Below are positions 19,495 to 29,160 of a stretch of 50,876 bases of DNA, in pieces (the stretch's first letter is position 1; each line of letters opens with the position of its first letter). The notes under the pieces are model-generated. The model saw only the letters and a list, made by a program, of their open reading frames with translations. It was not told the origin of the DNA and searched no databases. Made by a program: the position numbers and the translations under genes. Source of the stretch: Clostridium sp. (GTDB lineage: Bacteria; Bacillota; Clostridia; Clostridiales; Clostridiaceae); assembly GCF_016650095.1 (NCBI RefSeq), contig NZ_JAENWL010000001.1, positions 1 to 50,876 of the forward strand. Direction: 5' to 3'.

Positions 19495-20622
19495 ATGGGT
19501 AAAATAATTTTAGATGTTTTTGATTCAGACTTCAAAAGAGTTGGTGCAATCAATAAGTACTCATCCCTAATTTATACTGAAAAGTTTAATGGGGTTGGGA
19601 CTTTCCAACTTCAAGCTTCAAAAGAGAATATGGATGTTATTGAAAATGGAAGATACATTCTTATTGAACAAGAAATATTAGCGGAAATTCTTACTCTAGA
19701 AACTGATTCTAGTGTTGGAATTGTTTCATTATCAGGAAAATTTATTGAGCATATTCTTGACTCGAGAGTTATCCTTGAAATGGAATCATTCTCAGATACA
19801 AGCACAAATATTTGCAGAAGTCTTGTCAATTCGAATTTTATTAATCCGACGAGTTTAGATCGAACGATTGACAAGATAAAATTAAGTACAAACACTGATT
19901 ATATTCCAGTGAATAGTGTTATAAGTAAACAAATATCTCAAGGATCTGTTGAAGGTAAAATTCAATCAATTTTAAGTCCAATAAATTGTGGCTATTCTTT
20001 AGTTCCAACAATTACTGCTTATGTTGATGGTTCAAACATTAGTGATTTGAATTTTAGGATATTAGAAGGGCTTGACAGAACAATTAACAATATAAGTGGT
20101 AATAATCATGTTGAGTTTAGTTTTGAACTCCTGAACATCCTAGAATCACAATACACATTTGATAAAACTGTTTATAAAACAGACTTCATAGTTCTTGGTG
20201 AAGGTGAAGGAACAGCAAAAAAGAGATACATTTCAGAATCAGGAGTTTCTGGGTTTGATCGAAAAGAATTATCAGTTGAAGATTCTGGGATTGTTGCAAC
20301 AGATGCCAATGGAAACCCTATCTCTGATGCAGCATATTTGCAGCTATTAAAAACAGCTGGAGAAGAAAGAATGGAAGACTATAAAATCTTTGAATCATTT
20401 GAGGTTACAATTAACCCAGATAGTTCATTATTTACTTATGAAGAAGATTATTCTTTAGGAGATATAGTAACAATTGAAGATATAATAACAGGATTAAAGT
20501 ATGATGTAGTTGTAAATGAAGTCCAAAAATCTAATGGTAAAAATGGTTTTTACATTGATATTGTATTAGGTTATGAGAGACCATTAACAATTCAAGTACT
20601 AAAAAAGGAAGGTGATTTATAA
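19495..20622 (+). CDS. Tail/baseplate hub protein (ReqiPepy6 gp37-like)
   Basis: VLGEGEG, SGFDRKE, YEEDYSLGDIVT motifs. Confidence 0.75.
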   Translation: MGKIILDVFDSDFKRVGAINKYSSLIYTEKFNGVGTFQLQASKENMDVIENGRYILIEQEILAEILTLETDSSVGIVSLSGKFIEHILDSRVILEMESFSDTSTNICRSLVNSNFINPTSLDRTIDKIKLSTNTDYIPVNSVISKQISQGSVEGKIQSILSPINCGYSLVPTITAYVDGSNISDLNFRILEGLDRTINNISGNNHVEFSFELLNILESQYTFDKTVYKTDFIVLGEGEGTAKKRYISESGVSGFDRKELSVEDSGIVATDANGNPISDAAYLQLLKTAGEERMEDYKIFESFEVTINPDSSLFTYEEDYSLGDIVTIEDIITGLKYDVVVNEVQKSNGKNGFYIDIVLGYERPLTIQVLKKEGDL

Positions 20623-22001
20623 TGACAATTAAAAGCGGATTTTTTAACTCAGAAGAAATTGACGATGGCTTAGGAAATATAACATATTCGAAAGAATATT
20701 TTGCTGCTGATTATGCAAATTATTTTGGGTTATTTGTTACTGATGGAATATTTATTAATCCGGCTGATCAGTTACGAATTTCAGTTTATTCTGGGCTAAC
20801 AATTAAAGTTTCAAAAGGATGGGCTTTTATCAAAGGATATTGGTTTCACAATGATAGTGATTATTATTTAACAATAAGTGCAAATATGGGTTCTGTAGTA
20901 CGAAAAGATTCAATTGTAATTAAATTGGATACTGGTACTGAGGAATTCACTCTTGAAGTTAAAGAAGATAATATATCTTATGACCGAGTTTCTCCAATAT
21001 ATGAGCTACAATTAGGCATAATAAATGTTGGGGTAGCAGCACCAGAAATATTAGGCTCAATGATTATTGATAATCGTGGATTAGCTGCAGAATGTCCATT
21101 TATTACGGGACTTATGGAAGTGGCAGATATCGACAATATTTGGACTCAATATCAAGCAAGCTTAGATGAATTTTTAGCTCTTGTAGCAACAGCTGTTGAT
21201 GAGACTTTAGCTGGTAACTTGCAAACACAAATTGATAATTTATTAAATGGAACAGTATTAGCTGGAGATAGTTCAAGGCTTGGTGGAGTATTACCAAGTG
21301 GATATGCAACTGCAGCTCAAGGAACAAAAGCAGATGCAGCTCTTCCAAGTGGTTCAAATGCAGTTTCTGCTACCAAACTAGCAACTGCTAGAACAATTAG
21401 TTTAAGTGGAGATGCTGATGGATCTGTTAGTTTTGATGGAACTGCAGATGCAGCTATAAATATAACTGTAGCTAATGATTCTCATACCCATGACACACGA
21501 TATTATACAGAAACTGAATCAAATGCAAAATATGCTACAGCAGCTCAAGGAACAAAAGCAGATGGAGCTCTTCCAAGTGGTTCAAATGCAGTTTCTGCTA
21601 CAAAATTAGCAACTGCTCGAACTATAGATATTACAGGAGATATTACAGCAGCTGCAGTTAGTTTTAATGGTACTGCAAATGTATCAATTTCAGCTACAGT
21701 AAACAATGATTCTCATACTCATGATACACAATATTCAAAACTATCACATTCTTATAACCTAACATTATCATCAGGTAGTTGGAGCTCAGGAGTTTACTCG
21801 TTGGCAGTAACAGGAGTTACAACAACTTCAAATCAAGAGGTAATACTTAGAACGACAGTTACGGATGCAGAAAGGATTGCATTTAAAAACGCAGGGATTG
21901 TTGGAACAGGTCAATCTGCAGGGCATATAACTTTAAAAGCCTTCGAGGATGTGCCTACAATTTCGATACCAATCACAGTAATAGTAAGAGGTGATGCATA
22001 A
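20622..22001 (+). CDS. Baseplate/tail fibre protein with duplicated fibre module
   Basis: KSGFFNS N-terminus; ATKLATARTI and HTHD fibre motifs twice. Confidence 0.75.
   Translation: MTIKSGFFNSEEIDDGLGNITYSKEYFAADYANYFGLFVTDGIFINPADQLRISVYSGLTIKVSKGWAFIKGYWFHNDSDYYLTISANMGSVVRKDSIVIKLDTGTEEFTLEVKEDNISYDRVSPIYELQLGIINVGVAAPEILGSMIIDNRGLAAECPFITGLMEVADIDNIWTQYQASLDEFLALVATAVDETLAGNLQTQIDNLLNGTVLAGDSSRLGGVLPSGYATAAQGTKADAALPSGSNAVSATKLATARTISLSGDADGSVSFDGTADAAINITVANDSHTHDTRYYTETESNAKYATAAQGTKADGALPSGSNAVSATKLATARTIDITGDITAAAVSFNGTANVSISATVNNDSHTHDTQYSKLSHSYNLTLSSGSWSSGVYSLAVTGVTTTSNQEVILRTTVTDAERIAFKNAGIVGTGQSAGHITLKAFEDVPTISIPITVIVRGDA
21302..21730 (+). repeat. Intragenic direct repeat, 228-bp period
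   Basis: atatgcaactgcagctcaagg… at 21302 and atatgctacagcagctcaagg… at 21530. Confidence 0.85.
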
Positions 22002-22378
22002 TGTCAACTGTAGTATTAGCAAGTACTGGTAAAGGCAGTGAAGGTATTACTGGAAAAATGGCAGTTTGTTCTTCCAGAATCTATCCTGCAAATATAAAAA
22101 AGGCTGACGGAAGTATTGTATATATGCATGCTGAAGTTATGGGTTATGGGTTAAATGCTGCTGGTATTTGTAGATTATATTTTTATTGTGATGGAGTCTT
22201 AAAGTCTGAACAAGAGGTACTTTTAAACTATAACAATGGTATTCAGAAGAAATCACGTTCTTATATGTTTACAAACAATAATTATAGTAGTTTTCAAATA
22301 ACTGCTTCATTTGATAATGAACGTCCTGGATATTCGCATTTTGTACCATTCTTTGTTTATACGGAGGTGATAGGATAA
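22001..22378 (+). CDS. Tail-associated protein, paralog A
   Basis: Shares GKG.EG..GK.A.CSSR.YPAN.K and GYGLN.AG with next gene. Confidence 0.75.
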   Translation: MSTVVLASTGKGSEGITGKMAVCSSRIYPANIKKADGSIVYMHAEVMGYGLNAAGICRLYFYCDGVLKSEQEVLLNYNNGIQKKSRSYMFTNNNYSSFQITASFDNERPGYSHFVPFFVYTEVIG

Positions 22379-22752
22379 TGGCAACATTAATAAAAGCAAG
22401 TGACGGAAAAGGTGGAGAAGGAGTATCTGGAAAATATGCAATGTGCTCGTCTAGAGTTTATCCCGCAAACGTAAAAACAGGGCCAGGAGCCAATATATAT
22501 ATGTACTGTGGTTGGCAAGGATATGGGCTAAATATGGCAGGAACTGCTACAGTAAAATTCTATGGTGGTGGTGTTTTATTAAAAACAGAATCAATAGCTA
22601 TGGGTTACGATTATGGGGTATTGCACAAATCTTTTTATCATACAATTACAGATAATCCATACACAGATTTTCAAATAGTTTGTGCATATAGTAGTTCAAG
22701 AGTCGAATATCAACATGATGTTTCGATGGTTGCTTACACAGAAGATGCTTAA
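22378..22752 (+). CDS. Tail-associated protein, paralog B
   Basis: Colinear similarity to preceding gene. Confidence 0.75.
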   Translation: MATLIKASDGKGGEGVSGKYAMCSSRVYPANVKTGPGANIYMYCGWQGYGLNMAGTATVKFYGGGVLLKTESIAMGYDYGVLHKSFYHTITDNPYTDFQIVCAYSSSRVEYQHDVSMVAYTEDA

Positions 22753-22772
22753 AAAATAAAGGAGGATAAAAT

Positions 22773-23066
22773 ATGAGAAGAGGAGAAACTTCAACAGTTA
22801 CAATTAACACTGGCTTAATTTTAGATGGAGCTGAGCTTATTGTTACAACATTTAAGCAAGGTGACACAATTATAAATTTTACTGGTGAACAATTAACTAT
22901 TGATGGTAGTTATATCCAGCTTGATTTAGCTCAAGCTGACACACTTCAATTTGATAGTAAAAATACAGTTGAAGTTCAAGTTAAAATTAAAGCCTTTGGA
23001 AAAGTAACTTTAAGTAAAATAACAAGATTTAGGGTTGAAGAAGCTTTGAATGAGGAGGTGATTTAG
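22773..23066 (+). CDS. Small tail/baseplate protein (BppU N-like)
   Basis: MRRGET…LAQADTLQF…VEVQVK pattern; strong RBS. Confidence 0.55.
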   Translation: MRRGETSTVTINTGLILDGAELIVTTFKQGDTIINFTGEQLTIDGSYIQLDLAQADTLQFDSKNTVEVQVKIKAFGKVTLSKITRFRVEEALNEEVI

Positions 23067-23360
23067 GTGGCTGATGAAATTGATGTTGTATTTGGAACTT
23101 CTGCCTTTTCATTAGATACCACTTTTGAAAATACTGGACTTGATGTTGCAACTGAGATTAAGCCTTTAATTGTCACTCAAGATTATATGGCATTAACTAG
23201 CAAGCCTAAATTAAATGGGGTAGAATTAATTGGAAATTTAAGCAATGATGATATTGGAATTCTTCAATCAGATTTTGAAGAAATTGATAGTTCAAAAAGT
23301 AGTTTTATAAAAAATAAACTAGAGTCAATAACAAATATTGATATTCTAAGTTTATTTTAA
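23067..23360 (+). CDS. Tail fibre-associated protein
   Basis: DY..L..KPKLNGVELIGN motif; GTG start with GAGGTG. Confidence 0.6.
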   Translation: MADEIDVVFGTSAFSLDTTFENTGLDVATEIKPLIVTQDYMALTSKPKLNGVELIGNLSNDDIGILQSDFEEIDSSKSSFIKNKLESITNIDILSLF

Positions 23361-23374
23361 GAGGAGGATAAAAT

Positions 23375-24250
23375 ATGGCAAAGTTTTTAGATTTAGATCA
23401 GCTAGCTTTATTTGCGGATAAAATTAAAGTTTTAATAGGAAATAAAGTTGATAAAGATGGAACTAAAGTTTTATCAGATAAGAATTTTAGTTTAGCTCAG
23501 GAAACAAAATTAACGAATATTGAAGCTGAAGCAAATAAGTTTGCTGAAGCTGTTGATGTAGTTCATGATATTAATTATGTTGCTACTCAAGAAAATTATA
23601 CAACTGTTGAAAAAACTAAATTAGGTAATTTAGATAGTAGTTTGGTTGGAATTACTGCTGGTGATTTAGGACAAGTAATGGATGTTACTGTTGGTGGAAT
23701 TTCAGTTATTAATGCAAGTAAAATTGCAGTAGTTCCTGCTATCCCAACTAAAACAAGTGATATCTCAAATGATTCAACTTTTCAAACAAAAGTATATATT
23801 GATGGTGCTGATGATATTATTGATGGTAAAATCACAGATTTAACAACACAGGTAAATAATACAAACTCTGAGAAGATTATGAATCTTGGAATTATTAACA
23901 TATTATCTTCAACAGATATTCAAATAGCTTTAAATGATTATATGATGACAAATTATACTAGAGCACCATTGTCATATGAGGCGTTAATTGTTACAATTAC
24001 AGACAATGCAAATGACAAGATAAAGTATCTATACAGTCCTAATTCTAGTACTTGGATAGATGTAGGTAAAGCTGCTGCAGAAATTGCAACTGCAACTTCA
24101 ACTGTTAAAGGTATTGCCAAATTATATACAATCTCAGGAGCAAATACAGATGGAGCAATGAGTCAAGCAATAGTTACTTCGTTGTTAGGCGGAAAGCAGC
24201 CAACAATGGCAGCAATAACAAATGCAGAAATAGATGCATTATTTGTATAA
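23375..24250 (+). CDS. Tail fibre-like protein
   Basis: KVDK..K.LSD.NF, IPTKTSDISNDS and ITNAEIDALF motifs. Confidence 0.65.
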   Translation: MAKFLDLDQLALFADKIKVLIGNKVDKDGTKVLSDKNFSLAQETKLTNIEAEANKFAEAVDVVHDINYVATQENYTTVEKTKLGNLDSSLVGITAGDLGQVMDVTVGGISVINASKIAVVPAIPTKTSDISNDSTFQTKVYIDGADDIIDGKITDLTTQVNNTNSEKIMNLGIINILSSTDIQIALNDYMMTNYTRAPLSYEALIVTITDNANDKIKYLYSPNSSTWIDVGKAAAEIATATSTVKGIAKLYTISGANTDGAMSQAIVTSLLGGKQPTMAAITNAEIDALFV

Positions 24251-24269
24251 GAATTAAGGAGGTAATACA

Positions 24270-25064
24270 ATGGCATATTTAGATAGCACTGGATTGACAA
24301 GAATTTATGATAAAATGAAGACCTTGTTTGCGGCAACAGTTCATACTCACGTAATAGAAAACGTGACTGATTTAACAGATGTCTTAGCTAATCATTGGAC
24401 TGCTATTAGTGGCAAAGCACCAACAGTTCATACTCACGACGATAGATATTATACAGAAACTGAAATAAATACATCATTATCTGGTAAATTAGGTTCGACC
24501 GCTACTGCTGCAGATAGTGATAAATTAGACGGAAAACATGCAAGTGAGTTTGCAACTTCTGCTCAAGGAACTCTAGCAACAAATGCTTTACCAAAAACTT
24601 CGAATGCAGTAAGTGCTACGAAATTAAATAGTATTCAAACTACTTTTAATGGAGTTTATCCAATGACTGTTAATGTTGGTGGTGTTATTTATAGTCATAC
24701 AGGTATAAATTATACAGGTTCAACTAGTTCTTTAGTTGTAAATGGTAATGTTACTGCATATTCAGATATAAGGGTAAAAGAGAATTTAGAAATAATACCG
24801 AACGCATTAGATAAAGTGAAAGCTATTAATGGATATACGTTTGACAGAACGGATATGAAAGTACCAAGACAAACGGGAGTAATAGCACAAGAATTATTAG
24901 AAGTATTACCAGAAGCGGTTGTAACAGATGAAAAAGGTATGTATTCAGTTGCTTATGGTAATGTTGTGGGGCTATTAATCGAAGCAATAAAAGAGCAACA
25001 AATACAAATAGATAATCAACAGAAACAAATAGATTATATTCTTGCTCAATTAGGTAATAGATAA
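24270..25064 (+). CDS. Tail fibre with C-terminal peptidase S74 intramolecular chaperone
   Basis: YSDIRVKEN…GVIAQE…VLPEAV…SVAYGN…LIEAIKE. Confidence 0.85.
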   Translation: MAYLDSTGLTRIYDKMKTLFAATVHTHVIENVTDLTDVLANHWTAISGKAPTVHTHDDRYYTETEINTSLSGKLGSTATAADSDKLDGKHASEFATSAQGTLATNALPKTSNAVSATKLNSIQTTFNGVYPMTVNVGGVIYSHTGINYTGSTSSLVVNGNVTAYSDIRVKENLEIIPNALDKVKAINGYTFDRTDMKVPRQTGVIAQELLEVLPEAVVTDEKGMYSVAYGNVVGLLIEAIKEQQIQIDNQQKQIDYILAQLGNR

Positions 25065-25963
25065 TGGCTTTACAAGCAAGCGGAGCAATTAGCATGGCTA
25101 ATATAAATACAGAATTAGATAAAACTCTTACAGGTACTATTAGCTTAAATGATGCAGATGCTAGAGGTTTAGCAGAAGTATTATCTGGGTCTATATCTCT
25201 TATTGATTTTTATGGAAAAGCTAAATGGGAAGCTATGGTCGCAACTGGTGGTGTAATTACTTATAGTGGTGATTATAAAATACATACATTTAACTCTTCG
25301 GGTTCATTTGCAATATCTTCTTTAGGTGTTGGAGCTGGTGCTAATTATATGGAATATCTGATTGTTGCTGGAGGCGGTGGCGGAGGTACTTCCAATACTG
25401 AAGGAAGAGCTGGCGGTGGTGGAGCAGGCGGATTAATACCTGGAACTAAACCTATCACTGCAACAGGGAGTAATCTTGTTATCGTTGGACGCGGAGGTGC
25501 AGGCGGTTCTACAGGAGGAACTAGGAGAGGCTCTAATGGAACTTCTTCTAGTGTATTTGGTGTTTCTACAGTTGGTGGAGGTGGTGGAGGTGCAGCTGGT
25601 TCTCTAAACGGTGCTTCAGGTGGTTCTGGAGGTGGTGGTGGAGAGTACTATGGTGTTGGTTCTGGTGGTGCCGGAACTCCAGGGCAAGGATATGCTGGAG
25701 GTGCAGGCAGCTCTTACGGAGGTGGCGGAGGTGGCCATAATGGTCCTGGGTCCAATCTTTATTGTGGCTCATATTATCCCTCATATATTACCGGAGCTGG
25801 TGTAGCTTATGCAAGAGGAGGTTATGGCTCTCTTGTGGATGTTAATCAAAGCAATGCTTACTATTCAGCTAATTGTGGCTACGGCGGTAGTGCACAAGAC
25901 TCAGTAAATGGAGGTGCAGGTAGCCCCGGAGTTGTAATAATTAGATATAAAGTAGTTCAATAA
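25064..25963 (+). CDS. Glycine-rich tail/adhesin-like protein
   Basis: SGAISM…ISL.DFYGK N-terminus; VAGGGGGG and G..GVVIIRY glycine-rich domain. Confidence 0.75.
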   Translation: MALQASGAISMANINTELDKTLTGTISLNDADARGLAEVLSGSISLIDFYGKAKWEAMVATGGVITYSGDYKIHTFNSSGSFAISSLGVGAGANYMEYLIVAGGGGGGTSNTEGRAGGGGAGGLIPGTKPITATGSNLVIVGRGGAGGSTGGTRRGSNGTSSSVFGVSTVGGGGGGAAGSLNGASGGSGGGGGEYYGVGSGGAGTPGQGYAGGAGSSYGGGGGGHNGPGSNLYCGSYYPSYITGAGVAYARGGYGSLVDVNQSNAYYSANCGYGGSAQDSVNGGAGSPGVVIIRYKVVQ

Positions 25964-25979
25964 AAGGAGGTAAAGAAAT

Positions 25980-27515
25980 ATGATTAAAATAGCAATCTCT
26001 GCAGGACATGGATTAACTACTGCAGGCAAAAGAACAATTCAAACTCCAACTACTCATGAGTGGGAAATGAATAGCAAAATAGCTACAAATTTAGAGAATT
26101 TATTAGCCCAATTTAGTGAGGTAAAAGCACTAAGATTTGATGACCCAACTGGAGCAATTGATATCCCATATCAAGATAGAATTGAAGCTGCAGTAATTTG
26201 GGAAGCTGACTTATTCATTGATATTCATAATAATGCTGGAGGTGGTTCAGGATCAGAAGTTTATACACCAGTAAATGGGACAATGGACACATGGGGAACT
26301 GAACTAGTTCGGAAGATGTCAGAATATAGTGGACTACCAAATAGAGGGTTAAAGCATAAAACTTTAGATAGTGGAAAAGACCATTATTATACAATCAGAT
26401 TTGCTGTAGCTCATAATATAGAATCAGTATTATGTGAATGTGGTTTTATGGACACATGGTCAGATTTAGAGGTTATTACAACTCCAAAAGGCCAAGCTGC
26501 ATTTGCATTAGCTATCTTTGATTCTTTGGTAGAAAAATTTAATTTAAAAGGTGGAGTTGAACAAAACTTAAAAGAAGGATTAAATACTATTAAAGCAAGT
26601 GGAACTGATTTAAAACTTGTCATTAATAAAGAAGATGAAGTTATTGATACAATGCCATTAAGTTGGAAAGAAGTTGCAACAATTGACACTTTCTTAGGAG
26701 ATGGAGTTGTAGCTGCAATTAATGCAAATAATTTTGTTAACAAACCACTTCTTAATGCATATGGCCAAATACTTGGAAGATATCAATCGCAAATAAAACA
26801 AGTCGATCAGAAAAATGATGCAGATGGATTAATTGATGTTGTAGTTGATAAAACAGATCAAGTTTTAACAAAAGATTATATGTCATGGGACTTATATTTA
26901 GCTAACATTAAATGCGGAATGAGTTGTACTTATTGTATTGTTGATAAAGGTGAAAATGTTCACTATGAGTCAACTAGCAATCCTAATGGAATTGATGTAA
27001 AGAACAACCAAACGTTTATGGTAAAATTTAAAGATGGAAAATTTGGAATAGGAGTCTCAACTGGAGATCTTTACTCTATTGAAGTCAAAAATGCTTTAAA
27101 TATCTATAACGGAGGAATTGAACATTTATCATTCTACGATCGTGGAGATTCGACTCAGTTAGTTATGCTAGATAATGATGGAAATATCATTAAAGTTGTG
27201 TACACTGGCCGAAAACTTCCAATGACTATAATTTTAAGAAAAATGACTGAACTTGAATTAGCCGCTAAAACGGACAAAGAGCCAGAATCTCCTATAGTGG
27301 GCAATGGCGAAAGTAATGACCAGGACTGCACTTCATCCGCCTCACAAGATGAAGAAAATGAAGGTGAGCTGCAGGCGGATGAATATCCATATAAAGTTAA
27401 ATTTAAAGTGAATTTAGGTTCATTTAGATTTGAGAAAAATGCTATAGATTATGCAGATTTAATGAAGAGAAAAGGAATTGCTGCATATGTACATTTTGAA
27501 GGCAAGAAACTGTAG
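25980..27515 (+). CDS. Endolysin: Amidase_3 + central domain + SPOR-like C-terminus
   Basis: ISAGHG, HEW, IDIHNNAGGGSGSE, VLCECGFMD; KVNLGSFRFEKNA…LMKRKGI.AYV. Confidence 0.88.
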   Translation: MIKIAISAGHGLTTAGKRTIQTPTTHEWEMNSKIATNLENLLAQFSEVKALRFDDPTGAIDIPYQDRIEAAVIWEADLFIDIHNNAGGGSGSEVYTPVNGTMDTWGTELVRKMSEYSGLPNRGLKHKTLDSGKDHYYTIRFAVAHNIESVLCECGFMDTWSDLEVITTPKGQAAFALAIFDSLVEKFNLKGGVEQNLKEGLNTIKASGTDLKLVINKEDEVIDTMPLSWKEVATIDTFLGDGVVAAINANNFVNKPLLNAYGQILGRYQSQIKQVDQKNDADGLIDVVVDKTDQVLTKDYMSWDLYLANIKCGMSCTYCIVDKGENVHYESTSNPNGIDVKNNQTFMVKFKDGKFGIGVSTGDLYSIEVKNALNIYNGGIEHLSFYDRGDSTQLVMLDNDGNIIKVVYTGRKLPMTIILRKMTELELAAKTDKEPESPIVGNGESNDQDCTSSASQDEENEGELQADEYPYKVKFKVNLGSFRFEKNAIDYADLMKRKGIAAYVHFEGKKL

Positions 27516-27830
27516 TAAAAGGTCCAGCCATCACTGGGAGCTGGTCCATTAAAAAGGTCCAGCCATCGCTGGGAGCTGGTCCATTAAAAAGGTCCAGCCA
27601 TCACTGGGAGCTGGTCCATTAAAAAGGTCCAGCCAAAGCTGGGAGCTGGTCCATTAAAAAGGTCCAGCCATCACTGGGAGCTGGTCCATTAAAAAGGTCC
27701 AGCCATCGTTGGGAGCTGGTCCATTAAAAAGGTCCAGCCAAAGCTGGGAGCTGGTCCATTAAAAAGGTCCAGCCATCACTGGGAGCTGGTCCATTAAAAA
27801 GGTCCAGCCATCACTGGGAGCTGGTCAAAT
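27516..27830 (+). repeat. Tandem array, 9 x 35 bp hairpin unit (locus 3)
   Basis: aaaaaggtccagcca[tcac/tcgc/aagc/tcgt]tgggagctggtccatt, period 35. Confidence 0.97.
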
Positions 27831-27852
27831 AAAAAAAAGGAGGAACAAAGTT

Positions 27853-28239
27853 ATGAATGAGATCCTACAACAAGTTTTACCGGTAATATTTTTTGCAATC
27901 ATTGTCTACATGCTAATGCCATTAATCAAATTAGCATTTAAAAAAATTGATGATTTCCAAGAACAAAAAGTAAAAAATAGGTTAGTAAATAAAGCAATTG
28001 ATACAATACAAGATGTTGTGCTAACTGTTACACAAACCTATGTAGATGCAGTTAAAAAAAATGAAAACTGGAATGACGAAACTCAAAAAGAAGCTTTTGA
28101 GCTAGCTAAAGGAACTGCAAATAGAGTAATTCCTGAGAAAACTAAATTAATTATCACAGAAGAATATAATAATTTAGATGCATGGCTAGCTATCCAAATA
28201 CAATTAGCTGTAAAAGAAAGCAAAAAAGAGGTTAGTTAA
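27853..28239 (+). CDS. Holin (LL-H-like)
   Basis: One N-terminal TM helix; VTQTYVD..KK and IQLAVK motifs; next to endolysin. Confidence 0.75.
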   Translation: MNEILQQVLPVIFFAIIVYMLMPLIKLAFKKIDDFQEQKVKNRLVNKAIDTIQDVVLTVTQTYVDAVKKNENWNDETQKEAFELAKGTANRVIPEKTKLIITEEYNNLDAWLAIQIQLAVKESKKEVS

Positions 28240-28241
28240 AA

Positions 28242-28616
28242 ATGCTATATAGTTATATACAACCTATTCTTTTATTTCTAATTACTACACTTTTAGCTCT
28301 AGCAATTAATGGAATCTTAGGGTTTAGAAAAGAGCAAGAGAAAGTTGTAGAAGATAGAATTCAAAAAGAAGTAGAAAAAGATAAAAAAGTAGCCAAAACA
28401 AATGATTTGATTATAGAAGGTTTAAAAGCTTTGCTTCATGCTCAAATTATTAAAGATGGTGAACAAATATTAGCGAAGGATATAATCACAGAAAATGATA
28501 TACATGAATTAAAATTATTATTTAAACCGTACAGTTCTTTTAATGGAAATGGGACTGCTAAAGCAATTGTAGCTCGAGCAGAACAAAGATATATTGAACG
28601 TTGTGCTGCTAACTAA
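28242..28616 (+). CDS. Membrane protein, lysis-associated (holin-like)
   Basis: N-terminal TM; GLKALL…Y..FNGNG motif. Confidence 0.6.
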   Translation: MLYSYIQPILLFLITTLLALAINGILGFRKEQEKVVEDRIQKEVEKDKKVAKTNDLIIEGLKALLHAQIIKDGEQILAKDIITENDIHELKLLFKPYSSFNGNGTAKAIVARAEQRYIERCAAN

Positions 28617-28630
28617 ATGAATATTTTAAG

Positions 28631-28655
28631 AAGATAGTCTAATCACTATCTTTTT
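28631..28655 (+). terminator. Intrinsic terminator ending late operon
   Basis: aagatagt-ctaatc-actatcttttt. Confidence 0.7.
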
Positions 28656-28773
28656 ATTATGTTAATTCTTGGACAGCTCTAAGAACTTTTATATATACTG
28701 CTAATAAAATATACATAGTATTTGCTAATGTTTCCTAGAGTGACTTATTTTAAACAATAAACTTTTAAAAACA

Positions 28774-28940
28774 ACTGTTTACAATTTAACCTCTTTATGA
28801 TATTATAATCTTATAAAATTAATATATTGGTAAAAAAAAAAGAATTAAAAAGAATTTACATTTACTGTTTACATCTACTAAATACTAGTATATAATATAA
28901 TTATACTTAAACAAGAAACAAAACAAACGTCTAGGAGGAC
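28774..28940 (+). promoter_or_regulatory. Tandem conserved promoters (P4, P5) plus hairpin RBS
   Basis: TTTACA 28778/TATTAT 28801; TTTACA 28868/TATAAT 28891; GTC-TAGGAG-GAC 28929. Confidence 0.8.
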
Positions 28941-28946
28941 AAACAT

Positions 28947-29126
28947 ATGAAAACAAAATTCTATTTAAACTACAACAAAACAACTAAAGCAAATGTAATC
29001 GAAATCGTTGGAACTAAAAGATTTAACCAAATGATTAAAGAAGCCAAAGAAGATTATTCAAATGATTCTAATATTCAAATAGAATATTCAACTTCAAAAG
29101 GACAATTAGTTATAGAATTTAATTAA
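28947..29126 (+). CDS. Hypothetical 59-aa protein (not in ORF track)
   Basis: MKTKFYLNYNK…GQLVIEFN; promoter and RBS upstream, terminator downstream. Confidence 0.8.
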   Translation: MKTKFYLNYNKTTKANVIEIVGTKRFNQMIKEAKEDYSNDSNIQIEYSTSKGQLVIEFN

Positions 29127-29139
29127 GATTTTAAAAACA

Positions 29140-29160
29140 GAGGGAATGAAAGTTCCCTTT
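29140..29160 (+). terminator. Intrinsic terminator
   Basis: gagggaa-tgaaag-ttcccttt. Confidence 0.65.

Noticed and set aside
21302-21730. Diversity-generating retroelement TR/VR pair
   Set aside because: In-frame domain duplication with mismatches not limited to adenines; no reverse transcriptase in the genome
25300-25930. GGN-rich non-coding repeat
   Set aside because: Explained by glycine codons of the 25064..25963 ORF
27516-27830. Canonical CRISPR array
   Set aside because: Units are head-to-tail with no unique spacers; no cas operon (the Cas4-like nuclease is a common stand-alone phage gene)
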